DNA of 64,000 nucleotides, taken from the NCBI GenBank assembly GCA_964444705.1, contig CAYUHX010000001.1, positions 17,055 through 81,054 of the forward strand. The letters run 5' to 3'. Below, piece by piece: positions 10,701 through 18,660 of the stretch (positions are counted from its first letter, which is position 1; each line of letters opens with the position of its first letter). The notes below the pieces were generated by a model. The model did no database searches. It had not been told where the DNA came from and worked only from the letters and a program-made list of their open reading frames with translations. The stretch comes from an uncultured Gammaproteobacteria bacterium (GTDB lineage: Bacteria; Patescibacteriota; Patescibacteriia; Magasanikbacterales; GWA2-37-8). A program made the translations under genes and the position numbers.

Positions 10701-11565
10701 ACGGAGCTGCTTGGCAGGCCGCATGACTATTGGCATTCGGCGCAGAACAAAAGAAACGCAGATTTCCAGCCCGATCTTTCGCCGCCAAATAATATTGAAA
10801 AGTACCTCCCGAACTTGGCACATCTCCTGAGGGAATAGTCAGCGTAAATAATTTTCCTTCAACCTGTACCGCATCAACCGTCGTTGAGGCTACCGTTAAA
10901 TCTGAACCATAATACACTCTTACAAATTCTCCACCACCATCAGTAGTACTTGCAAACTGCATATCCAACGTCTGATCATCAGTCACAAAAGTATTTAATA
11001 CTGCATTCTGCCCCGAGAGCGCCACATAGGCAGGAAAATGACTTATAAATGGTGCATTGGTATCTGCCACATTGTCGTAAGCACCGGCATACGACACCGC
11101 ACTTGAAGACACGATTGTTGGCTCGGTTGAGGATACATAAATCCAGGCAACATATGAAGTATTGGTAGTCCAAGATTGACCATTGCTATCTTTGGTCATA
11201 AACTGCGGCACGACAAATTCATTCATGCTGTGTTGATTAAAAAAACCCATTGGCACACACTGATTGCCCGGCGAACCCGTACATGCACTATTAAGGGTGC
11301 TTGTGGTAAGAGTGAGTGTGCTTGAAACAATAAAAATTTTGGTATTCTCATACCCCGCAGGCTGAGACCCAGGAGTCCAGGTTACCCTAAAATCGCGCCC
11401 ATCTAAACCAAACCCAGTGGTATCCGGGTCATTCAGCACTACCCCCGAAACCGCTTGAGCCACAAAAGGATAAATGAGTAGACCTGCCAAAAGAGCTCCC
11501 GCAAACAACATAATCCCTAAATTTTTTTTCTGCCTACCCCACCATGAAAGCCAAATATGTTTCAT
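4729..11565 (-). CDS. giant secreted/cell-surface protein (2278 aa) with multiple Ig-like/carboxypeptidase-regulatory-like beta-sandwich repeats and a C-terminal peptidoglycan-binding domain
   Basis: N-terminal signal/TM (LGIMLFAGALLAGLLIYPFVAQA). Many repeats of the GxVxDxxGxxxxxAxVxxxxxxxxTDxxGxY type. Gly/Ser linker SGSGDGGSGGSGGSGGSSGGSGGGGS followed by a Thr-rich stalk. C-terminal PG_binding_1-like module LQKKLQELGFFPKTTTINGIFGPATTKAVQAFQKKNKIT. One uninterrupted 6.8-kb frame. Confidence 0.8.
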   Translation of the reverse strand: MKHIWLSWWGRQKKNLGIMLFAGALLAGLLIYPFVAQAVSGVVLNDPDTTGFGLDGRDFRVTWTPGSQPAGYENTKIFIVSSTLTLTTSTLNSACTGSPGNQCVPMGFFNQHSMNEFVVPQFMTKDSNGQSWTTNTSYVAWIYVSSTEPTIVSSSAVSYAGAYDNVADTNAPFISHFPAYVALSGQNAVLNTFVTDDQTLDMQFASTTDGGGEFVRVYYGSDLTVASTTVDAVQVEGKLFTLTIPSGDVPSSGGTFQYYLAAKDRAGNLRFFCSAPNANSHAACQAAPFVVTVRTAFGRSISGTVISGGAALSGARVFAGGIAKPSVTTDGSGNYSLTSYPANLTLDVTAFKNNFCENTRFGEVLGSVNLSGINFSLNPGNCSFVVGGGAAGGGAPMVVFSGPPDAATDVAVGEKIRVGLSQTMAASSINDTDPTDASTSVYLTPDGGTTKVAGSVTYCENSSSPGCSALFAGDSNVILFNPTSNLATNTFYTLVITEGVTSQGGQSIQGNRSGGGHKISFTTNRGTFDSGSFTLGSSGQFMPPFVKSMNPGPGVSVAPNAKITLEFNQALDSTTVNSTNIVLFDKTTNGQVSLSTVSLDSTEKRFVSLAPSSALTAGHEYEVRVKGAVGTTSGITMRPSAELAQVSFTSFFKVSGSNDVTPPVLYPLLASNATGVSVSKVFEFGFSEPLNFNTINTTNITMSRGSTAVGIQVKYDAGKNSVLLAPSRVLTPSTVYTITFAPAVTDLPGNALATTTLTYTTGASDTTAPALVESRCDDFTCNVVFNEPMNNDTQVDPNWTSSVLNHVNITLTQNSGPDLVVTSTAISYDFPRNALVIKGLALTKGGTYSLSLSGLKDLSANNLGNVSASGKVEDSTQTYGGFGDQGMFGPPVAGAGGVGEQFKPQGFGTFTPEQFALGQADTAFPFSQMAGQDSNVFQVRFNPGIAIQNGDQVVVTFPNGTDVTNAALDSNSPFVKDLNQFGSGTVTGTTLVADSATQKVTVTLGVSGTPGSGDNYTLDLKKIINPAVPKDPSTGGYTVGIKIVRSSTTIVNKTSMPYFIQAAGTNTIVVNLYAGSSGSPDNVAGTVNLFGGGPAGPINKRVTLASGIISQVDGSAATTVRLSGLASGCYFVNTDPFVTLGSTDYFGQMSPEPICVNGNTTSTKNIVLTSASANGASVTTTVKFAGISNFGGSDIDIFASGPGRFVVKTLTGVTTPDANGYTVKLPANGQWSLGVGPSMPKGSNGTGAKPTSLPGMPPAQVQLVVSGIGGDTPAVTAAGGVMPPGVAFNDGTDTVTFTFVTADKTVTGKVVDGSQNGLSNMEVFMHRQGFGAPAFGSTNASGTFSLAVGDYGSYEIGVMKDGLPPTFKQLEIKPDGADAGSDPDIYYLGKQITNANPLLISIKKSSYTISGKVLDASGNGIAYAPVFAVNASTGESIPGKSGSDGSYSVFVDAGTWNVQSQLPPDKSDACGSFSLTVTVSTESKSSQNISPSVSTCYTLSGTVSVGGSGLANVPIFLEEWNSGSNAPVPGGIRKGGSTDSSGAYSMKVEGSKTYRVGTWSPTYGELSATKVVSSADTTQNVSVTATSTVTFVFTGGTAAMQTMVELRNATDATKVIRTQKDGLNSSLVITTENGATYNYFVDVFGVGRFNGAVASGATATINLGLQANGFITVTGTIKDDTGAVLSGTVVTFTNTSTGVIETGVTNASGTYSVNMKAGTYQVGASLAGYVPGETVKLVSFSTNTNAYDFGGSDPDQAALQTAGKTIEGVLRDSNGVALSSGYVWAENTAGLIVTGAINPADGSYSIPVTTGTWTLTGVGPKHAQTAKSGTVVITSANSTGNNFNLTSDSSKIPTSTSGVVDASSGGSVNDSGASGIKLTAGSGVLETGSGNVTISLEKNYTAPKTEGFTPLGNASFKISATGDSTIKSLNGNAEVQLSYSDLVAQVPSGVAESDLKLMYLSPETGAYVPVEGGFTIDATNNTITGLVNHFTDFVIAYTPSSGSGDGGSGGSGGSGGSSGGSGGGGSMVNVVTTVTTTIASSSTAVAISTSTSLMTSTVTTVPMVPIKTVQTAVVPSVDESLVLRSFRPTNETSAIIFSGLPKTGKLVRPGTTLSFKYNYKNSTAKTQKLVIHRQLIDQNGVVIVDSSLQKELKKGKRADFSIQQALKKNIPNGVYSMRVEISDKATGEMLDENSFDFVVEVAPTPKKTPSILKSGMKGEEIMILQKKLQELGFFPKTTTINGIFGPATTKAVQAFQKKNKITPVNGQVGSVTRAALGM
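5489..5570. repeat. low-complexity GGT/GGA-type simple repeat encoding the Gly/Ser linker of the giant protein
   Basis: Runs of tccacc/accacc triplets on the + strand (= GGx codons on the - strand). Confidence 0.5.
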
Positions 11566-12168
11566 ACTACTGTGTTAATAAAAAATAAATTTAAAAATAA
11601 AAATATAACCGTGATGGTTATATCGGCCCTCCCTTTTTTAAATTAGTAAAAAAATGTGTTCCCCTCCCTTGATTCATCTGATTTTGAAATTAAAACCGTA
11701 TGAACATACTTAGTATACACCAAAAAAAGCAAACAAAAAATCTCTGTGGATAAATATTTTTTCTTTAAAGAAAAAATTCCTGTCACACAACTGCAATATA
11801 TAGTGTACACATTTATTTTTAAAAAGAATTATATATCTCGTCGTATCATAAAAAATTAAGCGTTGGAACGCTTGGTTTGCTGTTGATCGCACTCCTGAAA
11901 TGAGTTAACCTGAAAGCAAAAAGTCGCCCGCCTATCGACATTTCAACTGAATCAAAACTTCAAACAATTTAAAAACACAATGCGAAGCGGTGAAAAAAAA
12001 CGCATGTCGATTTCTCCTGATACCAAACAATGCTTCAAACTCATTCGAGGCACAATCAACATTATAAATCACACAACGAATCATTCAAACCAGCGATGAC
12101 ATTGACATACTCAACCAAAACCTGCGCAGTACCTTGGATGTACTTCAAATGGGATTCTAAAAAAGTCC

Positions 12169-12200
12169 AAAAAACCACCTGAAATACAGGTGGTTTTTTT
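12169..12200 (-). terminator. rho-independent terminator downstream of tsf (palindromic, A/T-flanked, bidirectional)
   Basis: AAAAAACCACCTGaaatacAGGTGGTTTTTTT: 9-bp GC-containing stem flanked by A-run and T-run. Confidence 0.6.
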
Positions 12201-12221
12201 AAATTTTTTCTTCAGTAAATA

Positions 12222-12866
12222 CTAACCTACTTGTTCAGCCACTTCGTCAGCAAAATTCTTCACGATCTTTTCAATACCTTCACCAAGTTCATAGCGCACA
12301 AAACGACGCACTGAAATCTTTTCACCAATTTCCGCCGTAGCTTCAGTTAAAAGCTGCTGAATTTTTTTGCTGTCATCTTTAATATAAAGCTGTTCAAGCA
12401 AACAAATGTCTTCGTAAAATTTATCAAGCTTGCCTTTGAGAATGTTTTCAATAATATTTTCTGGTTTTCCCTGGGCTTTAAGCTGTGCACGATAGACATC
12501 CATCTCTTTGGCAACAAGTTCTTCTGGCACAACCGCACGTTCCAAATATTTTGGATTTGCGGCCGCAATGTGTAGTGCGATATCTTTGGCCAAATTTTGA
12601 AAACGCTCAGTACGCGCCACAAAATCAGTTTCAGAATTCATTTCGAGGAGCACGCCAATTTTTCCACCCGCGTGAATATAACTAATCACCGCACCTTCGG
12701 TCGCGATTTTGTCCGCTCGTTTGGCGGCTTTAACAATTCCTTTTTTACGCAAAAGATCAGCGGCTTTTTCCATATCACCACCCGCTTCTTCGAGTGCGCC
12801 TTTGCAATCCATCATGCCAGCGCCAGTTTGAGCGCGAAGCTTGGCAATGTCAGCAGCAGTTACCAT
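12222..12866 (-). CDS. tsf: elongation factor Ts
   Basis: N-terminal UBA-like ITAADIAKLRAQTGAGMMDCKGAL plus the EF-Ts dimerization core. Directly downstream of rpsB (conserved rpsB-tsf operon). Confidence 0.9.
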   Translation of the reverse strand: MVTAADIAKLRAQTGAGMMDCKGALEEAGGDMEKAADLLRKKGIVKAAKRADKIATEGAVISYIHAGGKIGVLLEMNSETDFVARTERFQNLAKDIALHIAAANPKYLERAVVPEELVAKEMDVYRAQLKAQGKPENIIENILKGKLDKFYEDICLLEQLYIKDDSKKIQQLLTEATAEIGEKISVRRFVRYELGEGIEKIVKNFADEVAEQVG

Positions 12867-12899
12867 ATGAAATACGCTAAAAGTAATTTAATCTACAAT

Positions 12900-13721
12900 T
12901 TATACGCTTTCCGCAATTTGCAAAGCGCGTTTTTCTTTCTTGGGAGCAAGATCTTTAGATGTTTTGTCAGCACTTGGTGCTTTGGCTTTCTCAACTACCG
13001 GCATTTCTTCTTTCATCATAGCTTTTTTCTTTTCTGCTTCAAGCTTACCTTCGTTCACCGCTTCAGCCATAAGATCGGCAATCATTTTGATGGCATTAAC
13101 CGCGTCATCATTGGCAGGAATAGGAAACGCCACCTTGGTTGGGTCAACATTGGAATCACTCACCGCAATTACTGGCACCTCAGTCTTTCTTGATTCAGTG
13201 ATCGCTGTTTTTTCAACGCGCATGTCGGCAATGTAGAGCGCATCAGGAATTTTTTCGAGACTGGTTAAACCAACCAAATATTTATCCATCTTCTCAATCA
13301 TTTTCTTCAAAACAGCTTGTTCTTTTTTGGTATATTTTTCAATCTCACCGGTGGCAACCTGCTCTTTGAGACCACGATATTTAACGAGTCGTCGTTTGCA
13401 TTCAGGAAAGTTGGTTAAAAGTCCACCAATCCAGCGTTCAACCACATATGGCATACCACAACGTTCGGCGGCATCTTTCACAAATGTGCGAGCCTGACGC
13501 TTAGTACCCACAAACAAAATAACTTTACCTTTGCTGGCCAAATCTTTCACATGGGCCAACACTTTTACCAATTCATCGGTGGTTTTTTCAAGATCAATAA
13601 CATGAATACCATTACGGACACCGAAAAGATACGGCTCCATTTTAGGGTGCCAACGTGAACTTTGGTGACCAAAGTGCACTCCGGCCTTAAGCATCTCAAC
13701 GAGAGATGGAATTTGTGGCAT
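12900..13721 (-). CDS. rpsB: 30S ribosomal protein S2
   Basis: MLKAGVHFGHQSSRWHPKMEPYLFGVRNGIHVIDLEKT is a canonical S2 N-terminus. Acidic and Lys-rich C-terminal tail. Confidence 0.92.
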   Translation of the reverse strand: MPQIPSLVEMLKAGVHFGHQSSRWHPKMEPYLFGVRNGIHVIDLEKTTDELVKVLAHVKDLASKGKVILFVGTKRQARTFVKDAAERCGMPYVVERWIGGLLTNFPECKRRLVKYRGLKEQVATGEIEKYTKKEQAVLKKMIEKMDKYLVGLTSLEKIPDALYIADMRVEKTAITESRKTEVPVIAVSDSNVDPTKVAFPIPANDDAVNAIKMIADLMAEAVNEGKLEAEKKKAMMKEEMPVVEKAKAPSADKTSKDLAPKKEKRALQIAESV

Positions 13722-13975
13722 AGATTTTCCTTATTAGTTCCTCTCAGCCATGCCCCGAGGGTGGCCCCAGGGAGGAAAAAATCAAGAACGAGTGCTCTTG
13801 AGACTGATGCGGAGATAAATAAAAGTGCGTAAACTATAGCTAAATTAAGGATTAAAGTCAAGAGTCATGTTCAAACACAAGACTCTATTTACATTTTTTA
13901 ATTTTGGAGTATACCTATATTCATTCCCGCCAGCCAAATCGGCTGGTAATCAGGAAGGGAAGGAGGTGAAGAAAA

Positions 13976-14131
13976 ATGTTGACGAAGGCGCTCGCATGCC
14001 TCACTCTTCTAGCCCTGTTAGCGCAAAGCGCAGTGGCAGTGGCATGCAACTGTAACAAAAAAAGTCGCGATTATTGCGGCGACAACCAGTGCATGAAGAC
14101 GGAGTCAGACAAGCCAAGAAAGAAGAAATAG
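13976..14131 (+). CDS. small secreted Cys-rich peptide (51 aa), unannotated
   Basis: Strong SD GGAAGGAGGTG 6 nt upstream of the ATG. Signal peptide MLTKALACLTLLALLAQSAVAVA followed by CNCNKKSRDYCGDNQCMKTESDKPRKKK (4 Cys, basic tail). Followed by two hairpins (14196-14235 and 14262-14290). Confidence 0.4.
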   Translation: MLTKALACLTLLALLAQSAVAVACNCNKKSRDYCGDNQCMKTESDKPRKKK

Positions 14132-14261
14132 GCTTGTCTGATTCTGCTTCAAACCTCCACACAAACATCTTAAGCCCCACGCACCCTTCCTGTCTACTAT
14201 GAACGCGCCTGAAATCAAGCGCCTTCATAGTAGAACCCAACTTCAATCGTAAATAAAAGAG

Positions 14262-14290
14262 TTTTACAAAAAACTCTTTTATTATTTTAA
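14262..14290. terminator. bidirectional hairpin terminator between the small peptide ORF (+) and acylphosphatase (-)
   Basis: AAAAGAGTTTTacaaaAAACTCTTTT flanked by A/T runs on both sides. Confidence 0.5.
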
Positions 14291-14595
14291 TGGCTCACAA
14301 ATTCTAAAAAACGCTCTTGCATAGATTGCCATTCAATCGTGACGCTGTGCACCCGAGCAGTCGGCGGCCCTATTTTGAGTAGCTTTATATAGTTTTCTAC
14401 CACCACCTTTTGCCCTTGCACCACCACGTTTACCCCACCTTCTTTCGTATTTTCAACCATACCCACCAATCCCATTTTCTTTCCTTCGGTGCGAGCAAAT
14501 TGACGAAAAAATACTCCCTGTACTCTCCCCGCAATGTGTATCTGTGCTTGCGCCATCTCGCCTGCAGCAACGTTTTTTATTTTTTGTTCCTTCAT
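14287..14595 (-). CDS. acyP: acylphosphatase (start uncertain: Met at 14595 or 14556; the 14679 ATG of the ORF track is probably too long)
   Basis: Acylphosphatase signatures IAGRVQGVFFRQF and GLVGMVENTKEGGVNVVVQG, then GPPTARV. Domain is about 90 aa. Confidence 0.7.
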   Translation of the reverse strand: MKEQKIKNVAAGEMAQAQIHIAGRVQGVFFRQFARTEGKKMGLVGMVENTKEGGVNVVVQGQKVVVENYIKLLKIGPPTARVHSVTIEWQSMQERFLEFVSH

Positions 14596-14679
14596 AATCA
14601 GTATTAAAAAATTGATTTTAAACCACCCCATATTATGTGTTATACTTACAGTATACAAAAAATAAATTACTGAGATCAA

Positions 14680-15495
14680 TTGCGTATGCTTAGAGAAGGG
14701 GGGCCAGCATTAACTGATTTTTTTGTCACCACACAACCCACAACTATTAAAAGAAGAAGAAACCCATCTACAACACAAAAAGAGACAGCTTTTTTTTCAA
14801 GTTCTTCTACACGGCGAACCAAATCTTCTTCATTGCACAAAAGAAGAACACCCAACAACTTTCCTGAGCGGCGAAGAAGAAAAATCATACCAGCTGAACC
14901 AAGCGAAATTCCTCCTGCCCTTCTGCCAAACACTCTTCGCAGAACAACGGAACAACGTTATTTTCACGTTAAAAATGGCGGTTATCTCCCTATTCAAAAT
15001 GGTTGCGTCGTTGTTGGTGACCACATCATTGATATTCAAACATTAAAAACCAAAGAGACCCATTTACTGAGCACGCTTAACTCAAAAATTGCGAAACTTG
15101 CCACAAGCGACCTCGGGCATGAGTTGCTTGCTCGAGCGGGAATACAAAATCAAACCGACTGTACTCTTAACCAAATTTTTATCATTGCCGGCATCAGTGA
15201 CCTCGTACCACTTCAAACTGAAGGAATTATTTTTGACCCTCTCGATCTCGACCGACTACACAACATACTTCTTCGTGAAAAAAATGCCACCCAACAAAAA
15301 TTAGCTGATTTTAAAAAAGAAACACTTCGCACTAATCGACGATCCTTTTCTCTATTAAACCGAATTACCCACCGCTTCTTTTCCGGCCGTTCCAAAATAC
15401 CAAAAGAGAAAGCAGTGCTTGATGCACGGCATACCAAAGAATTAGAACAAAAATTAGCAGCTCTTCAACTCATTGAGATTGTCTTGACGGTGTGA
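14680..15495 (+). CDS. hypothetical protein with Arg/Ser/Thr-rich basic N-terminal region (271 aa)
   Basis: Long open frame divergent from acyP. No internal Met. No recognizable motif. Confidence 0.45.
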   Translation: MRMLREGGPALTDFFVTTQPTTIKRRRNPSTTQKETAFFSSSSTRRTKSSSLHKRRTPNNFPERRRRKIIPAEPSEIPPALLPNTLRRTTEQRYFHVKNGGYLPIQNGCVVVGDHIIDIQTLKTKETHLLSTLNSKIAKLATSDLGHELLARAGIQNQTDCTLNQIFIIAGISDLVPLQTEGIIFDPLDLDRLHNILLREKNATQQKLADFKKETLRTNRRSFSLLNRITHRFFSGRSKIPKEKAVLDARHTKELEQKLAALQLIEIVLTV

Positions 15496-15621
15496 CTTAA
15501 AAAACCAAAAACTCCACCCACTCCCGCTTTAAAAAAGCTCTTCACACAGCTTGCCCCTCGCCTTTTTTTGTGATAGCATACGCCTTGTTAATCATGTTTG
15601 AGATTTGTTTTCATAATTTGT

Positions 15622-17679
15622 ATGGCTCAAAAAAATCCTGCTGACACATCTTCCTATAGCGCTAAAAACATCACGGTTCTTGAAGGTCTCGAGGCGGTGC
15701 GCCGTCGCCCCGGCATGTACATTGGTTCCACTGGCCCCACCGGTTTACACCATCTCATTTGGGAGGTTGTCGATAACTCCATCGACGAAGCAATGGCCGG
15801 CTACTGCACCCAAATCACCATCACTCTCCTCCCCGATCACCACGTTGAAGTGCGCGACAATGGTCGTGGTATTCCAGTTGATATTCATCCTCAGCAAGGC
15901 ATTAGCGCGCTTGAAGTTGTAATGACTAAACTCCACGCTGGTGGTAAATTTGGTGGCGAAGGCTACAAAATTTCTGGTGGTTTGCACGGTGTTGGTGTGT
16001 CTGTCGTCAACGCGCTGTCTGTCTACACCAAAGCCGAAGTTCACCGCGATGGCGAAGTGTGGGTGCAAGAGTATAAAGAAGGCAACCCACAAAAAAAGGC
16101 GCGCTCCGTAGGCACCTGTAAAGACACTGGCACCATCATCACCTTCCGTCCAGACGATACTATTTTTGAAACCATCGACTTTGAATGGAAAACTATTATT
16201 GATCATCTACGCCAACACAGCTACCTCACCAAAGGTATTCATCTTATCATCAAAGACGCTCGATCAACCGAAGAGAAAGCCAAAGACGCGACTGCGCTTA
16301 CCTTCCCCAACCCCACCTATCAATTTTATTTTGAAGGCGGCGTGGCCTCATACGTTCATTATCTCGACCACAACAAAGAGGTCAAACACGACACTATTTT
16401 CTATCTTGAAAAAGAAGTTGAAGGAGTTAATGTTGAGCTCGCTCTCCAATATACCAACGAATATAACGAATCATTATTTGCCTTTACCAACAATATCTAC
16501 AACCCAGAAGGTGGCACACACGTGGCTGGGTTTCGCACAGCGCTTACCCGCTGTCTTAATACCTACGCACGCAACAAAGGTTTTTTAAAAGAAAAAGATG
16601 GTAATCTCACTGGTGAAGATGTACGTGAAGGCCTCACCGTTGTCATCTCTGTTAAAATTCGCGAACCGCAGTTTGAAGGTCAGACTAAAGCAAAACTTGG
16701 AAACACCGAAGCCAAAACTGCCGTTGAAGCGGTGATGAATGAAGGCTTCTTAATTTTCCTTGAAGAACACCCTAAAGACGCCGAAGGTATTATTAGCAAA
16801 TGTTTACTCGCCGCCCGAGCACGTGCTGCTGCCCGCATTGCGCGTGATACCATTTTAAGAAAAGGTGCTCTCGAAGGTTTCACTCTTCCTGGCAAACTCG
16901 CTGATTGCTCTAGTAAAAACGCAGAAGATTCTGAACTCTTTATTGTTGAGGGAGACTCGGCCGGCGGCTCAGCCAAACAAGGCCGAGATCGTCACTCACA
17001 AGCCATCCTTCCTTTACGTGGAAAGGTACTCAATGTCGAACGCGCTCGTCTCGACAAAATTTTAGGTAACAATGAACTAAAATCACTCATCATTGCCCTT
17101 GGCACCAACATCGGCGAACAATTTGATATCAGCAAATTACGCTACCATCGCATTGTCATCATGACTGATGCTGACGTCGATGGTGCACACATTCGAACTC
17201 TTCTTCTCACTTTTTTTTATCGCCACTTCCCCAGCCTTATTACCGAAGGACATGTATTCATCGCTCAACCACCTCTTTACAGCCTTAAATACGGCAAAGA
17301 AATGCGTTACGCCTATAACGATGAAGAAAAAGAAATTGCTTTGCAAGAAATTACTGCGGCCAAGGGTATAAAATTATCAACCAAAGAAAAAGACGCAGCT
17401 CCAATTGTCAAAGAAGAAGGCGCGGAAGAAGGAGAGTCAATGTTGGTGATAGGAGGCATTAAAATCAATATTCAACGTTATAAAGGTTTGGGAGAAATGA
17501 ACCCCGAGCAACTGTGGGAAACAACCATGGATCCCGCAAGACGCCTTATGAAACTTGTCACCGCCGAAGACGCAGTGCTCGCCAACGAAACCTTTGAAAC
17601 ACTCATGGGTGAAGATGTAGAACAACGCAAAAAATTCATTCAAACTCAGGCAAAAAACGTTCGTAATCTTGATATTTAA
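15622..17679 (+). CDS. gyrB: DNA gyrase subunit B
   Basis: GHKL ATPase N-terminus VLEGLEAVRRRPGMYIGSTGPTGLHHLIWEVVDNSIDEAMAGY. Toprim region EGDSAGGSAKQGRDR. C-terminal QRYKGLGEMNPEQLWETTMDP. Confidence 0.92.
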   Translation: MAQKNPADTSSYSAKNITVLEGLEAVRRRPGMYIGSTGPTGLHHLIWEVVDNSIDEAMAGYCTQITITLLPDHHVEVRDNGRGIPVDIHPQQGISALEVVMTKLHAGGKFGGEGYKISGGLHGVGVSVVNALSVYTKAEVHRDGEVWVQEYKEGNPQKKARSVGTCKDTGTIITFRPDDTIFETIDFEWKTIIDHLRQHSYLTKGIHLIIKDARSTEEKAKDATALTFPNPTYQFYFEGGVASYVHYLDHNKEVKHDTIFYLEKEVEGVNVELALQYTNEYNESLFAFTNNIYNPEGGTHVAGFRTALTRCLNTYARNKGFLKEKDGNLTGEDVREGLTVVISVKIREPQFEGQTKAKLGNTEAKTAVEAVMNEGFLIFLEEHPKDAEGIISKCLLAARARAAARIARDTILRKGALEGFTLPGKLADCSSKNAEDSELFIVEGDSAGGSAKQGRDRHSQAILPLRGKVLNVERARLDKILGNNELKSLIIALGTNIGEQFDISKLRYHRIVIMTDADVDGAHIRTLLLTFFYRHFPSLITEGHVFIAQPPLYSLKYGKEMRYAYNDEEKEIALQEITAAKGIKLSTKEKDAAPIVKEEGAEEGESMLVIGGIKINIQRYKGLGEMNPEQLWETTMDPARRLMKLVTAEDAVLANETFETLMGEDVEQRKKFIQTQAKNVRNLDI

Positions 17680-17691
17680 TTTTAATAAAAC

Positions 17692-17720
17692 TTGACAGCC
17701 TACCCCCCCTAGGGTAGGAT
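17692..17720 (+). promoter_or_regulatory. candidate sigma70-type promoter for secE-nusG (TTGACA, 17-nt spacer, TAGGAT) with a palindromic spacer
   Basis: TTGACAgcctaccccccctagggTAGGAT. The spacer contains CCTACCC/GGGTAGG. The -10 is weak (TAnnnT). Confidence 0.35.
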
Positions 17721-17768
17721 TGGGGCATTAACAGCCCAAAGGCTGTTTTAAAAAACTAGTTTTTCCTT

Positions 17769-17957
17769 ATGGTTGAGGCAATAAAAAACTATCTAGTCGG
17801 TTCGTACGCTGAAATGAAAAAAGTCACTTGGCCCTCCAAAGAGCAGACCATGAACTACAGCTTGCTCGTCATTGGTTTAAGCCTTGGATTGGCATTTTTC
17901 TTTTCCTTGCTCGATTATACTTTTAGCCACGTCATAACGACGATCATTTCACGCTAA
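17769..17957 (+). CDS. secE: preprotein translocase subunit SecE
   Basis: 62-aa single-TM protein VTWPSKEQTMNYSLLVIGLSLGLAFFFSLLDYTF immediately upstream of nusG (conserved secE-nusG-rplK order). Confidence 0.8.
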   Translation: MVEAIKNYLVGSYAEMKKVTWPSKEQTMNYSLLVIGLSLGLAFFFSLLDYTFSHVITTIISR

Positions 17958-17961
17958 CTCT

Positions 17962-18504
17962 ATGGCCAAACAAGTCTCCCAGGGGCGCCGTTGGTACGTG
18001 CTCCACACCTACAGTGGTTACGAAGAAAACGTGAAACGCAATCTCGAGCAACGTATCGAATCATTCGATATGCAAGAAAAAATCTTTGGTGTATTAGTAC
18101 CAAAAGAGAAAAAAATTAAAATCAAAAACGGTAAACGCGTGTCAGTAGAAGAAAAAATCTTCCCTGGCTATGTGCTTGTTGATATGGTGGTTACCGATGA
18201 CTCATGGTATGTGGTGCGCAACACTCCGAATGTCACCGGTTTCATTGGGTCTGGTACTACTCCCACCCCAATTGATCAAAAAGAAATTGATACTCTCCTC
18301 AAACGAGTTTCTGCCGGAGAACCGCAACAAAAAATCGATGTTGATGTGGGTGATGTAGTCAAAATCATTGATGGACCATTCAAAAATTTCGAAGGTAAAG
18401 TATCGAGTGTTGATCATGAACGTGGGCGTATTAAAGTCATGGTAAGTATGTTTGGTCGCGAAACGCCAGTTGAACTCGACGCCTTGCAAGTCAAAAAAAT
18501 TTAG
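17962..18504 (+). CDS. nusG: transcription termination/antitermination factor NusG
   Basis: NGN domain WYVLHTYSGYEENVKRNLEQRI and FPGYVLVDM. C-terminal KOW VGDVVKIIDGPFKNFEGKV. Confidence 0.9.
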   Translation: MAKQVSQGRRWYVLHTYSGYEENVKRNLEQRIESFDMQEKIFGVLVPKEKKIKIKNGKRVSVEEKIFPGYVLVDMVVTDDSWYVVRNTPNVTGFIGSGTTPTPIDQKEIDTLLKRVSAGEPQQKIDVDVGDVVKIIDGPFKNFEGKVSSVDHERGRIKVMVSMFGRETPVELDALQVKKI

Positions 18505-18531
18505 CCCATTCTTTTGTCGTTCTGACCACAG

Positions 18532-18564
18532 CGAAGGATCACCTCATGAGACCCAGATCCTTCG
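18532..18564 (+). promoter_or_regulatory. stem-loop in the rplK 5' leader (possible r-protein autoregulatory leader)
   Basis: CGAAGGATC-13nt-GATCCTTCG, a 9-bp perfect stem about 100 nt upstream of the rplK ATG. Confidence 0.3.
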
Positions 18565-18660
18565 TTCCACTCAGGCTGACAGGTGAATTGGTTCTTTGTC
18601 TCAAAGAACGCTTCTCAATATCACCCTAAAACCTACTACCTAAAATAATACCTACGTTAT

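Noticed and set aside
12597-13236. 198-aa and 98-aa + strand ORFs antisense to tsf/rpsB
   Set aside because: They lie entirely within well-supported ribosomal and elongation-factor genes on the opposite strand, with low-complexity Phe/Ser-rich translation.
13867-14246. 62-aa (+) and 81-aa (-) track ORFs in the rpsB-acyP intergenic region
   Set aside because: The alternative + frame starting at 13976 has a much better SD and a signal peptide. The listed frames lack start context and look like overlapping shadows of it.
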